From positions 64,001 to 128,000 of the IMG/VR virus record IMGVR_UViG_3300030012_004221: a stretch of DNA of 64,000 nt. One strand, written 5' to 3'. Shown here in pieces: positions 46,313 to 55,354 of this stretch. The notes below the pieces were generated by a model. That model saw only the letters and a list, made by a program, of their open reading frames with translations. It was not told where the DNA came from and made no database searches. Every line of letters begins with the position of its first letter. Position 1 is the stretch's first letter. This DNA is from a virus. Both the position numbers and the translations under genes were made by a program.

Positions 46313-47140
46313 TTAAAACGGTAAATCGTCTTTTTCGTCGTTAAATAGATCATCAAATTGCTGTCCTTTTGACTTAGTTTCTTTAGTATTTAAAGAATAA
46401 TTTGATTTCTTTTCATCATTGTCAAATGCAACAGCAGGTTCTGATATAATATCACCTTCTTTTTCTTCACCTTCAGGAGCTAACCATTCTTGAAGTGATG
46501 CTTTCATTTCATCATAAGAAAGTGCTTTAAATACCTTCATAGGATCTGCTTGTTCATCCAAAAACCTTTGTACTTGTTTTTCATCATCTGATAATGGAGA
46601 TGTTTTTAATGAAGGTCCTACATTTGTTCTATTATAAGGAGTACCTGTTGATTCTGGTCCTACAGTATTCAATTTAATATCTCTACCTCCAACAATATCA
46701 GTGTAATCACCAATTTCATCATCAGCAGCCATATTTAGAAAGTCTTGGTATACTTCTTTACCAAATTGCCATAATTTAACACCCTCGTCTTCTTGTCCTC
46801 TAACTACTACAGGAGCAAAAATTCTTGTTTTTGGGTCTAATTTTTTAGCTAACCTCCAATTTTCTCTATCATTAGTTTGACGTAATTGTTTAGCAAACTC
46901 CATAATAGGATCTTTTTCACCCCAATTAGATGGTGAAGCCATTACTCTTTTACTACCAATTCCATAGTAAAATTTCATTTCTGTAAACGGAAACTCTTTA
47001 TTAAATTTATTAGGTACAACTCTTACGACTTGTTTACCTATTGATGGTTTCCAAAATAATTGTTTTTGCTGACCGCCTGAAGAATTTTGAGCTTGTTTTT
47101 GAAATTCATTAAGGCGCTTTTTGATTGCGTTTAAATCCAT
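46313..47140 (-). CDS. Single-stranded DNA-binding protein (T4 gp32-like)
   Basis: FWKP, VKLWQFGK, GRDI and an acidic DDLPF tail. Confidence 0.85.
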   Translation of the reverse strand: MDLNAIKKRLNEFQKQAQNSSGGQQKQLFWKPSIGKQVVRVVPNKFNKEFPFTEMKFYYGIGSKRVMASPSNWGEKDPIMEFAKQLRQTNDRENWRLAKKLDPKTRIFAPVVVRGQEDEGVKLWQFGKEVYQDFLNMAADDEIGDYTDIVGGRDIKLNTVGPESTGTPYNRTNVGPSLKTSPLSDDEKQVQRFLDEQADPMKVFKALSYDEMKASLQEWLAPEGEEKEGDIISEPAVAFDNDEKKSNYSLNTKETKSKGQQFDDLFNDEKDDLPF

Positions 47141-47170
47141 GTTTATAACTTTTAATTTTAATAACTGTTT

Positions 47171-47201
47171 TAATATACAAACCTATATTTAATATACCAA
47201 A
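47171..47201 (-). promoter_or_regulatory. Early/middle-type promoter TTTGG-N19-TATATTA
   Basis: Recurrent motif upstream of the SSB gene. Confidence 0.7.
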
Positions 47202-47675
47202 CTAAAGTTCAATAATCTTAAATATTTTTGTTTTCAATTGCTTTAACTCATCATGTTGAGTTAGGAGAATTGTATTCCTATAATGTTGCCAATCAATTGG
47301 GAATTTAGTATCAACTACACCCCCATTTAATCTTTTAATTAATTCATTTAAAGCATTAATTGTATATAGAGTATTGGTGTCTTTTTTTCTATGAACCATT
47401 ATAGTATTAGAAGGTAGACCCTCAGTGTTACCTTGTTCTATATTGTAAGTACAAACATACTCATCATTGCTTTTTATATGTAATACGAACACTTTTTTAT
47501 AAAGGATAGAGTAATTACTAGTAATTTTTTCTAATAGTTCTTCCAGTCCCTCAAGTGTTGTGAACGTACAAAATAGTTTATTATTCAAATCTACAAAGTT
47601 TAAGTTATTCAACTCCTGAAAGTCGTCTACAGTATACATATTGTAGGATTTATTTGAAATTGTAAGTGTCTCCAT
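47202..47675 (-). CDS. Conserved phage hypothetical protein
   Basis: KLFCTF and HRKKDTNTLYTINALN. Overlaps the PolA-like gene. Confidence 0.6.
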   Translation of the reverse strand: METLTISNKSYNMYTVDDFQELNNLNFVDLNNKLFCTFTTLEGLEELLEKITSNYSILYKKVFVLHIKSNDEYVCTYNIEQGNTEGLPSNTIMVHRKKDTNTLYTINALNELIKRLNGGVVDTKFPIDWQHYRNTILLTQHDELKQLKTKIFKIIEL

Positions 47676-48909
47676 AATTAATTTTTACTTGTAAGTTGTT
47701 ATTTTTAAAGATATTTTCTATTTCAGTTAATATCTCTTTATCTTCTTTACTAAAATCAAAAAGAAAACTATCATAGGTGTAAAGTACTAACTTTGTTCGC
47801 CTATTTTTTAACAACTTTAGTATGTCCCATAATATACAAACGTTGTATGATGTCTCCAAGTTTTGTAGTAAATAATTTAATAATTTTTGGGGTTTCATAT
47901 CCTCTAAATTATCTTCTATAAATTGATAACCCGAAATAGGACATTCAATCCAACCATTTTCTTGATAAGCTTCCCACAACTCATCAGTATATACTTGAAC
48001 TTTTTTAAAAAATTCCAGATCTTTATATTGATCAAAAACTCCTCCGTATAGTTGTTTGAATGTTAATTCTTTTGCTTTTTGATAATCAACTCCATACATT
48101 TCCGCAAAGGCCATATGAACATCTTGATCACCAAAGTCATAGCCAACCAACTTAGATAAAAGAGTAGGATGGTAAGCACCAATATCGAACTCAATAAAAG
48201 TATTATTACGAGGGATAAAACACTCTCTTGATCCGTTGTCTTTGTTAAGTGCGGCATAATTTACTCCTCTAAATTTATTACTTGGTCTTCCTGTAAGTGT
48301 TTTAAAGTTGTATTGCGTGTAGGTGAATTCTCCATTGATAGGGTGAAAGTACGATTCGAATTTTTCTCTATCAACTCGTATTCCACTTCGCTCCAAGGCG
48401 TTGAATACCACTGTAGTTTTTGTGTTGTTGAATTCATTGATTGGCTCATATATTTTATCTTTTAAATCATTATACAATTTTTCACAATACTCATAGTGTT
48501 TAACTATTGGTATTATTTTATTTATATCTTCTTTATCACCCATTTTATTATAAAAGTAAGAATGGGTTTGGGTATATTCGCGTATATACGTATGAAAATT
48601 TAATGTTATGTCATAGAGAGTTTTTAATGGAAAATAATGTAAGAATTCCTTTTTATCGCGCACATATAGTTTATCATATTTGTCTAATACGTGTTTTACG
48701 TTGTTTAAATCAATAGACAATGTTTCCCCATGTGATACGGGGATAATAAATCCTTTAGTAGCTAATAACGGTCTAAGGTAAATTGCACAAACTTCATTTT
48801 TTGTAGGATGAATACGATTGTTATATGGAATTACTTCCACAAACGCTTCTTTATAACCCATTTTATAAAACCCTTTTAATTGAGAGTCAGATTCAACTAA
48901 CCAAAACAT
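47650..48909 (-). CDS. Compact family A DNA polymerase-like protein
   Basis: TGRPSN, EFDIGAYHP (motif A), KAKELTFKQLYGG (motif B), NYLLQ and YTYDSFLFD (motif C). Confidence 0.8.
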   Translation of the reverse strand: MFWLVESDSQLKGFYKMGYKEAFVEVIPYNNRIHPTKNEVCAIYLRPLLATKGFIIPVSHGETLSIDLNNVKHVLDKYDKLYVRDKKEFLHYFPLKTLYDITLNFHTYIREYTQTHSYFYNKMGDKEDINKIIPIVKHYEYCEKLYNDLKDKIYEPINEFNNTKTTVVFNALERSGIRVDREKFESYFHPINGEFTYTQYNFKTLTGRPSNKFRGVNYAALNKDNGSRECFIPRNNTFIEFDIGAYHPTLLSKLVGYDFGDQDVHMAFAEMYGVDYQKAKELTFKQLYGGVFDQYKDLEFFKKVQVYTDELWEAYQENGWIECPISGYQFIEDNLEDMKPQKLLNYLLQNLETSYNVCILWDILKLLKNRRTKLVLYTYDSFLFDFSKEDKEILTEIENIFKNNNLQVKINYGDTYNFK

Positions 48910-48924
48910 AACTTTATTTTTGGA

Positions 48925-48955
48925 TAATGTATGAAAATAGATTAGTTAAACCAAA
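48925..48955 (-). promoter_or_regulatory. Early/middle-type promoter TTTGG-N19-TACATTA at the structural/replication boundary
   Basis: Recurrent motif with 19-nt spacer. Confidence 0.65.
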
Positions 48956-49618
48956 CTATTCAGTAGGTAAATAAAATTTTGTAAAATTAAATTTTAAAAA
49001 ACTACCAAACCCTTGTCTCCCCATTCTTCTTTCTTGTATTAGAACTATATTATTGTTAGTATTTTTTACTTCTTCTTCAATACCTGTTATAGTCCATTGA
49101 ATTTTAAAACATTGATAAAGTTCCCATAAATACTCTTTATCTTGTTTTTTAAGTTTATCATATACTTCTTTATTTAATTCTATGTAAATATCTTGATTTA
49201 CCTTTATTGCAAAATATCTTGTAAATTGTCCTAATTCATAATCGTCTAAACTAGGTGTTGGATATGATTGTACTGGGAGTAATTTTCTTGTTGATTGTAA
49301 TAAATTAATACCTTGTAATTTAGCATAATCTACAACCATACTTTCATCATATCCTGGAGTGTCAATTTCATCAAATATTGTTGGAAAATCTCCATATGCT
49401 ATTTGATTTTGAACCTGTTCAGGTTTATATGTTACACCAACATTTTCTACTTCTACTAATTCTACATTAGGTAAGTCATTAGGAGTTTTACCAGTAAAAT
49501 ATTTGCCTTCAAAAGTCTTATAGTAATATCCCCTATAAAACTCTTGAGTTTCTTTTACCATTAGTTTATTATCACTAGTGTATTGGTTGGTTAATATTCT
49601 ATTCTTTGGTATATACAT
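48956..49618 (-). CDS. Hypothetical protein, probably baseplate-associated
   Basis: Last gene of the tail/baseplate operon. Confidence 0.5.
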   Translation of the reverse strand: MYIPKNRILTNQYTSDNKLMVKETQEFYRGYYYKTFEGKYFTGKTPNDLPNVELVEVENVGVTYKPEQVQNQIAYGDFPTIFDEIDTPGYDESMVVDYAKLQGINLLQSTRKLLPVQSYPTPSLDDYELGQFTRYFAIKVNQDIYIELNKEVYDKLKKQDKEYLWELYQCFKIQWTITGIEEEVKNTNNNIVLIQERRMGRQGFGSFLKFNFTKFYLPTE

Positions 49619-49619
49619 T

Positions 49620-52541
49620 TTATGCTGTTTCTGGGGCTCTAAATATTAAAATATCCCAATTATTACTTTTTCTTCCTTTATAAACCATATCAGTGTTATA
49701 ATTAGTCTGTGTTGAAGTTGACCATCCTGATGAGTTAATATTTCCTACATAAATTTGGGCATGTCCATATACATAATGTGAGTTACTTCCTGCTGTTGGT
49801 TTATCATTAGCATAATAAACTACTACATCACCATAACCCCAAGTTGTAGTAGCTACTGTATCTATACATTCTTTACGTGTTATACCAGTAGATATTGATT
49901 TTACATAACCTAACTTTGTTAAATTATTATAAAATTCATTATTTTGATTAGCATTACCCCCAGCTGCTAATTTACTTCCTATATCAGCTTGTTCATTAGA
50001 TAAAAATTTAGTATATGCTCTTGCTAAATTATAAGTCCATTGAGCACACATACCACTAACAGCTCCATCCCTTTGAAATACTGCATTGTAAGCATTTTGC
50101 ATAGCATTAAATCTTTCAATTGCTTCTGGGTTTAAAGACTCTGGTGGTTCTGATACTGATCTTGGTGGTAATGGTTTTGATGAACCAGCTGAGTAATTTT
50201 GTTGTGTTACTACTGATTTTTGTTGTGCTGGTCTTTTTGGAGAACCTAATGATTTATTTGCTGGAACTGATAAGGTTTCTAATTTAGTCATCCATTCAGT
50301 AGCATTAATACTTTGATTTACTGAAGTTACTTGTAAATCAACACTATCTCCTTGGTATGAAGGTGGTAAAATATCTTCAGTTATTAAAAACTTTTGAAAT
50401 AATTTAATACCAGATATACCATCCATATCTAAACTTAAATTAAATGGTAAAAAGAATGGTGATGCTAATTGAGCTGCTTCTTCTGCTGTAGCATCTGTTA
50501 ATATACCTAATAATAAGTCAGCATGTGTAGCATTATGTGATACTAATGATGCACAATTTTCATTTACAAAATTTAAATTTGAATATATTCCTTCAAATAA
50601 AGTAATTCCATCTCCTATAATATGATTTTCAAAATTTTCTTTAGCCTGATCCTGTGGAGATTTTTCTTCTCCTCCTGTTTCTTTATTTGATGGGGATGAA
50701 ACCTTTTCAGGTATAATTCTATCTTTTAATCCAGCATTATAATTTGAAAAAGCTGTTGCATTTCCTGATACTTGATTTGAATTAGCTTGAGCTCCTATTG
50801 AGATCATAGTAGCAAAATCATTAGATAAATCAGCTGTTAAATTAATATTTTTAATAAAACTACCATCAACTCCTGGTTTAACTCCAAACACATTAAATCT
50901 TGTAAATTCTCCATTAGGTGGAGGGTTTGTAAATCTTTGAGGTATATCTTCTATAAATCTTATTTTTAAACCATCATCTGATAGCCTACAGGTTAATTTA
51001 TTAACCCCACCTAAAGCTTCAATTATACCTTTATTTAAACTTTGTAAATAATCAATTAATTTAATATTACCATCATCATCTGTAGTCATAGAATTTAAAG
51101 TTCCTCCTATATAATTAATATTTACCATTAAATTAGATAATCTTGCTAAATAAATATTATTTTTATATGAATAACTAGTTTGTTTTAATACGTCATTTAA
51201 AGGATAACTAGGTATTTCTATAGATGGTGATGCTGCATTTGAATAAGGTATTAAACATATTCTAGGATCACCTGAAAATTGTCCTGGAAAAGTTAATATT
51301 ACATTATCATCATCATTTAAATTTTCTAAATCCATATCAAATGAGACAACTGGGGTTTTTGTTGTAGGTGTGTATAATAATAATTTAGATTGAATAAAGG
51401 CCATTAATGCCCCATATTTCATATAAACTTGAGGAGTAACATTATCTTCATCATCTGTTGCTTCTACAGGAACTGATAAAAGTGCTCCTTCATAATTAGG
51501 GGATAATTTTTTTCCTGTTGCATCTACTAAAGCATTTATACCATAATCTAAAAGTGATGGTTCTTCAGCTTTTGATTGTTGTGCTAATTCATATATGTTA
51601 AATAATTCTTTATCTAATATTGTCTTATCTTTATTAGCAATTAATGGAGGTTGTTCATTTTCTTCTTCTTCTTCTTCACCTTCACTTGTTTTATCTTTAT
51701 TAGGATCCGTTATATTAACTTTTAAAGACTCTATAACATCACCTACTGATGTTAATTCAAGTTGACAATCATAACTACCATCTGGGTTGAATTGCCAGTT
51801 AAATTTAGTTATTTTACCATATATAGCATCATAATTTCCGTCATGTGATTCTCTTTCAGCATTAATTTTTTCGTATAATTCGTATTGACTAACTCCCCCA
51901 TTAAGTAAAGCACTCATAGGTCCAGTATAAAATTGATTCATTGATACTAGATTACCATCATTACTAAGATATTGACTCCAACCAAATTCTAATAATAATG
52001 TGTAACCAGGTCTTAAATATAATACATCAAGTAATTGGAATTGGGCTTTTGAAAAACATCTAACATTAATTACAGTTTTACTTAAAGCACCATTATTATA
52101 ATAAGTTACATTAGCATCAGTTAAACCCGGCATAGGTACATATCCTCTCTCTGCTACACCTCCCCATCCATAAGCTCCACTAAATAAATTTGATGGATCA
52201 TTTAAACCTGCTTGTAAACCAGAAAATTCTGAGTTATTTGTAGCCGACACAACACCACCCTGTAGTATAAAATTTTTAGCTAGTTTATCACCAGATATTA
52301 GTTCTGATGGAACCCCAGCATTTATTAATTTTTTTAATACTGAGTTTTCTAAGTCAGCACCACCTGTTCCTTTATTTGTTAAATTAACTGAACTTGCTAG
52401 TCTTAAAAATGGGGTTTTTGCATTGTAAAACCTAAGGAATTTTTCATCAATGTTACTATTTTGTCCTAATGCTGCTTGTCTTGTATTTATTTGATTTTTT
52501 ACAAAAGTATCAAATGGTAATCCTAAAAAATTATTAGCCAT
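49620..52541 (-). CDS. Baseplate hub-like protein with C-terminal CHAP/NlpC-like peptidoglycan hydrolase
   Basis: PMPG, LRPGYTLLLEFGW and FNWQFNPDGSYDC in the hub region. GMCAQW, GDVVVY and GHAQIY provide a Cys/His dyad. Confidence 0.65.
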   Translation of the reverse strand: MANNFLGLPFDTFVKNQINTRQAALGQNSNIDEKFLRFYNAKTPFLRLASSVNLTNKGTGGADLENSVLKKLINAGVPSELISGDKLAKNFILQGGVVSATNNSEFSGLQAGLNDPSNLFSGAYGWGGVAERGYVPMPGLTDANVTYYNNGALSKTVINVRCFSKAQFQLLDVLYLRPGYTLLLEFGWSQYLSNDGNLVSMNQFYTGPMSALLNGGVSQYELYEKINAERESHDGNYDAIYGKITKFNWQFNPDGSYDCQLELTSVGDVIESLKVNITDPNKDKTSEGEEEEEENEQPPLIANKDKTILDKELFNIYELAQQSKAEEPSLLDYGINALVDATGKKLSPNYEGALLSVPVEATDDEDNVTPQVYMKYGALMAFIQSKLLLYTPTTKTPVVSFDMDLENLNDDDNVILTFPGQFSGDPRICLIPYSNAASPSIEIPSYPLNDVLKQTSYSYKNNIYLARLSNLMVNINYIGGTLNSMTTDDDGNIKLIDYLQSLNKGIIEALGGVNKLTCRLSDDGLKIRFIEDIPQRFTNPPPNGEFTRFNVFGVKPGVDGSFIKNINLTADLSNDFATMISIGAQANSNQVSGNATAFSNYNAGLKDRIIPEKVSSPSNKETGGEEKSPQDQAKENFENHIIGDGITLFEGIYSNLNFVNENCASLVSHNATHADLLLGILTDATAEEAAQLASPFFLPFNLSLDMDGISGIKLFQKFLITEDILPPSYQGDSVDLQVTSVNQSINATEWMTKLETLSVPANKSLGSPKRPAQQKSVVTQQNYSAGSSKPLPPRSVSEPPESLNPEAIERFNAMQNAYNAVFQRDGAVSGMCAQWTYNLARAYTKFLSNEQADIGSKLAAGGNANQNNEFYNNLTKLGYVKSISTGITRKECIDTVATTTWGYGDVVVYYANDKPTAGSNSHYVYGHAQIYVGNINSSGWSTSTQTNYNTDMVYKGRKSNNWDILIFRAPETA

Positions 52542-52545
52542 AACA

Positions 52546-52866
52546 TTACTGATTTAATAAATTATAACTGTCTACAATTGCTTGTACATTAACTGGGATT
52601 CTAATTTGTGAACCTTCTGTTATAAATAAAGAACCCATATTTACAATATTTGGATTAGCTATTGCAATTATCCAATATAATGTAACATCTTTGTAAAATT
52701 GATTTGCTAATAAATCTAATCTATCTCCAAACTCAGTTTCAACCCAAATATCATTTTCATTTGCTGGAACTTCTGGGTATGTTACCCCCGTATAATACTC
52801 TGTATTTAAAGTACCTACAAATTCATTTTTATTTCTTAATATTTTTATATTAGCGTATCTATTCAT
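52546..52866 (-). CDS. Baseplate wedge protein (gp53/LysM-like)
   Basis: GDRLDLLANQFY, YWIIAIAN and QIRIP. Confidence 0.75.
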   Translation of the reverse strand: MNRYANIKILRNKNEFVGTLNTEYYTGVTYPEVPANENDIWVETEFGDRLDLLANQFYKDVTLYWIIAIANPNIVNMGSLFITEGSQIRIPVNVQAIVDSYNLLNQ

Positions 52867-55013
52867 TATTCTCCTAATATATCATTTTGATTGTTATTAT
52901 CTCCATCACCTGTTGCATTATACTCTCTATAAACATCTGCATAATTACCTCTAGAATTAGGTGCATTTGCCATAGCTATATATCTACTATTTGGGTTGTT
53001 TGCGTTATTTGGTTTTTGTGGTAGGAATGTATGAATAGGAGTGAACGAAAACCCGCTTACTTTAACCATATGTGGGAGTTCTTTAACTGATGAATCAACT
53101 CCACCTTCAGCATTTATAGCTATTTCCCAAGGAGCTTCTTCTGGAACATCATAGGTTAACTGGGTTATAAATCCTGGTTGTTCATATAAATAACCTCCTA
53201 CTGTTAGTCTAACTAGATTTCCTCTCATAAATCCAGCTTGTGTATAATCTGGTGATAGGGTTGAAGCTAAATAATTTAATTTTTTATGCATTGGAATTAA
53301 CTCTGCTTTTGATTGAGCAAAACAAGTAAATCCTAAACTAATTGATCTACCAAACCCTCCATAATTATATAAAGTGTCACCTCTACCTACATATTGAACT
53401 TCATTCCAACTTGCATTATATGAATCACTAAATGAATCTAAATGGGCTCTAAAATGCATATAAACTGCTTGTCTATTAGCTGCATCATTGTCAATAGCAG
53501 CTATTCTAAACTTAACTAAATCGTTTATAGCTAATTCAGTATTAGGACCCGCACTAGTGTACATAGGTTGAGCTGTAATTTTATCTAACGCCTCTAATTC
53601 ATTAGCAGCAATACCATAATCCCAAACATTTTTAATAAATCCTTGTTCTGTACCTGTATTAGACTTTCCTGGTTGGCCCATATTCAGTCTTCTATCTATA
53701 TTTTTAGTTCTGTAATCTGGTGATAAAGATAAAATTGTTGATCTTTGATTACCTCCTGTTCCATCTGCGTTTTTAGCTGCTGCACTTCCTTCATTTGGAC
53801 CTGTGTATAATTCTTTTCTAAAGTCTTGAGGATAAAGGATTGGTTCTCCTTTACTTACGTTTTCTTTATCTTGTAATTGATTTAAATTATATGTAAGAGA
53901 TCTAAAACCACCAAAACCTACTAAATCACCATCATATAAAACTTTAGGATCAGTTAATAATTCATCACCGGTATCAAACTCATAACCAAATACAGCATTA
54001 TTATTAGTTTGAATTAATCTTATTCCACCTGAACCTGCATATGATGGTTGCCCAACAGTTGAAATATAATCCCCACCTACTGAATTTTGAAGCATTATTT
54101 TTCCTAATGCTGATGTTTGATTTAAACCCAAAGATGTTAAAAATTTATCTGTTGCATTTAAAGAATTAACACTTAAAGGAGTTAAACCTAAATTAGTTAA
54201 ATCATCAGTAACATTTGCCGTATAACTTTGATAACCTACTTGATATGCTTTATTTAAAATTCCTGATCCTTTTCTATTTGCTGCTCCTGTTCTTTGGTCT
54301 GCAAATTTAATATTTGTTTTTCCTATTCCTAGTATAGACCCTGGACCGCCACTATAAGCATATATATTTTGATCATTTTTAGTACCTACTTCAATTGCTC
54401 TATCATTAAAAATAACTAATCTATTATTTTTTCCACCATCATTTTCATCATTAAACTTAGCTGTAGCTGCTGTGTATGTTTTTATTCCTAAATCTCCATC
54501 AAATAATGATCCTTCTACAACCCCACTTATAGGTGAAAATGGATCCACACCAAAAAGATTAGGATGAACACCTAATCCATTACCTAAAGCAGCTGCCAAA
54601 GTACTTATAGGAGTATAAATACCTTGATTTACATTACCCCCACCTTTAATTACTTTACCTGATTCATTTGTACTAAAGACAAAAGGAGAAGCACCGCCAT
54701 AACCTATACCAAAAGATGCTGGTGTTTTAACTGATGTTCTAGATAATAAGTTTTGTTTTGCTATAAATTTTATCCCTGAAGCCCCATCTATCATGTACTT
54801 CCCTAATCTAGCTACATCATCTACTGCATTAGATACAGATTTTAGCCCTCCTCTAATTATAAAGTCAGGGCCTGACCTTACTGGAAGATCATCATTACTT
54901 AACCCTTCAGGAATATCTTTAGTAATGTAAGGTTGTTTACTATCACCTCCACCACGTTGATCTCTCCCAAAAGACAAAGATTTTAAATCTGTCTGGAAAT
55001 TAATTAGAGGCAT
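52866..55013 (-). CDS. Baseplate / tail-tube initiator-like structural protein
   Basis: C-terminal FRAHLDSFSDSY, YVGRG, LTVGGY and ELPH. Follows the tape measure gene. Confidence 0.6.
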   Translation of the reverse strand: MPLINFQTDLKSLSFGRDQRGGGDSKQPYITKDIPEGLSNDDLPVRSGPDFIIRGGLKSVSNAVDDVARLGKYMIDGASGIKFIAKQNLLSRTSVKTPASFGIGYGGASPFVFSTNESGKVIKGGGNVNQGIYTPISTLAAALGNGLGVHPNLFGVDPFSPISGVVEGSLFDGDLGIKTYTAATAKFNDENDGGKNNRLVIFNDRAIEVGTKNDQNIYAYSGGPGSILGIGKTNIKFADQRTGAANRKGSGILNKAYQVGYQSYTANVTDDLTNLGLTPLSVNSLNATDKFLTSLGLNQTSALGKIMLQNSVGGDYISTVGQPSYAGSGGIRLIQTNNNAVFGYEFDTGDELLTDPKVLYDGDLVGFGGFRSLTYNLNQLQDKENVSKGEPILYPQDFRKELYTGPNEGSAAAKNADGTGGNQRSTILSLSPDYRTKNIDRRLNMGQPGKSNTGTEQGFIKNVWDYGIAANELEALDKITAQPMYTSAGPNTELAINDLVKFRIAAIDNDAANRQAVYMHFRAHLDSFSDSYNASWNEVQYVGRGDTLYNYGGFGRSISLGFTCFAQSKAELIPMHKKLNYLASTLSPDYTQAGFMRGNLVRLTVGGYLYEQPGFITQLTYDVPEEAPWEIAINAEGGVDSSVKELPHMVKVSGFSFTPIHTFLPQKPNNANNPNSRYIAMANAPNSRGNYADVYREYNATGDGDNNNQNDILGE

Positions 55014-55023
55014 ACCTTATTAT

Positions 55024-55320
55024 TTAAAATGCTGCTCCTTCAGGTGTATTATTTCTAAACCTATTTACTGGTTCTTGATAAGCTCTTGATGCTTCACCTA
55101 ATTGTGAAACACTAGGAACAGTGTAAGCAATAGCTGCTGCCCCAAAATTATCATAAGCTTGATTAGGTGTACTAGGATCTCCTTGATTTGAATATTTGTA
55201 ATGAAGATCTGAATTCATTATCTCACTAACACTAGCTTCTGGTTGTGGGTCAGCTGGTGATACAGGATAACCTAAAGGTGAACCATTAGTATCAAATTTT
55301 TTTCTTATTGAATCTGCCAT
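55024..55320 (-). CDS. Hypothetical virion-associated protein
   Basis: Has its own late-type motif at 55347-55355. Confidence 0.5.
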   Translation of the reverse strand: MADSIRKKFDTNGSPLGYPVSPADPQPEASVSEIMNSDLHYKYSNQGDPSTPNQAYDNFGAAAIAYTVPSVSQLGEASRAYQEPVNRFRNNTPEGAAF

Positions 55321-55354
55321 AATTTTAAATTATTTAATTGTTTTATTATAAATA

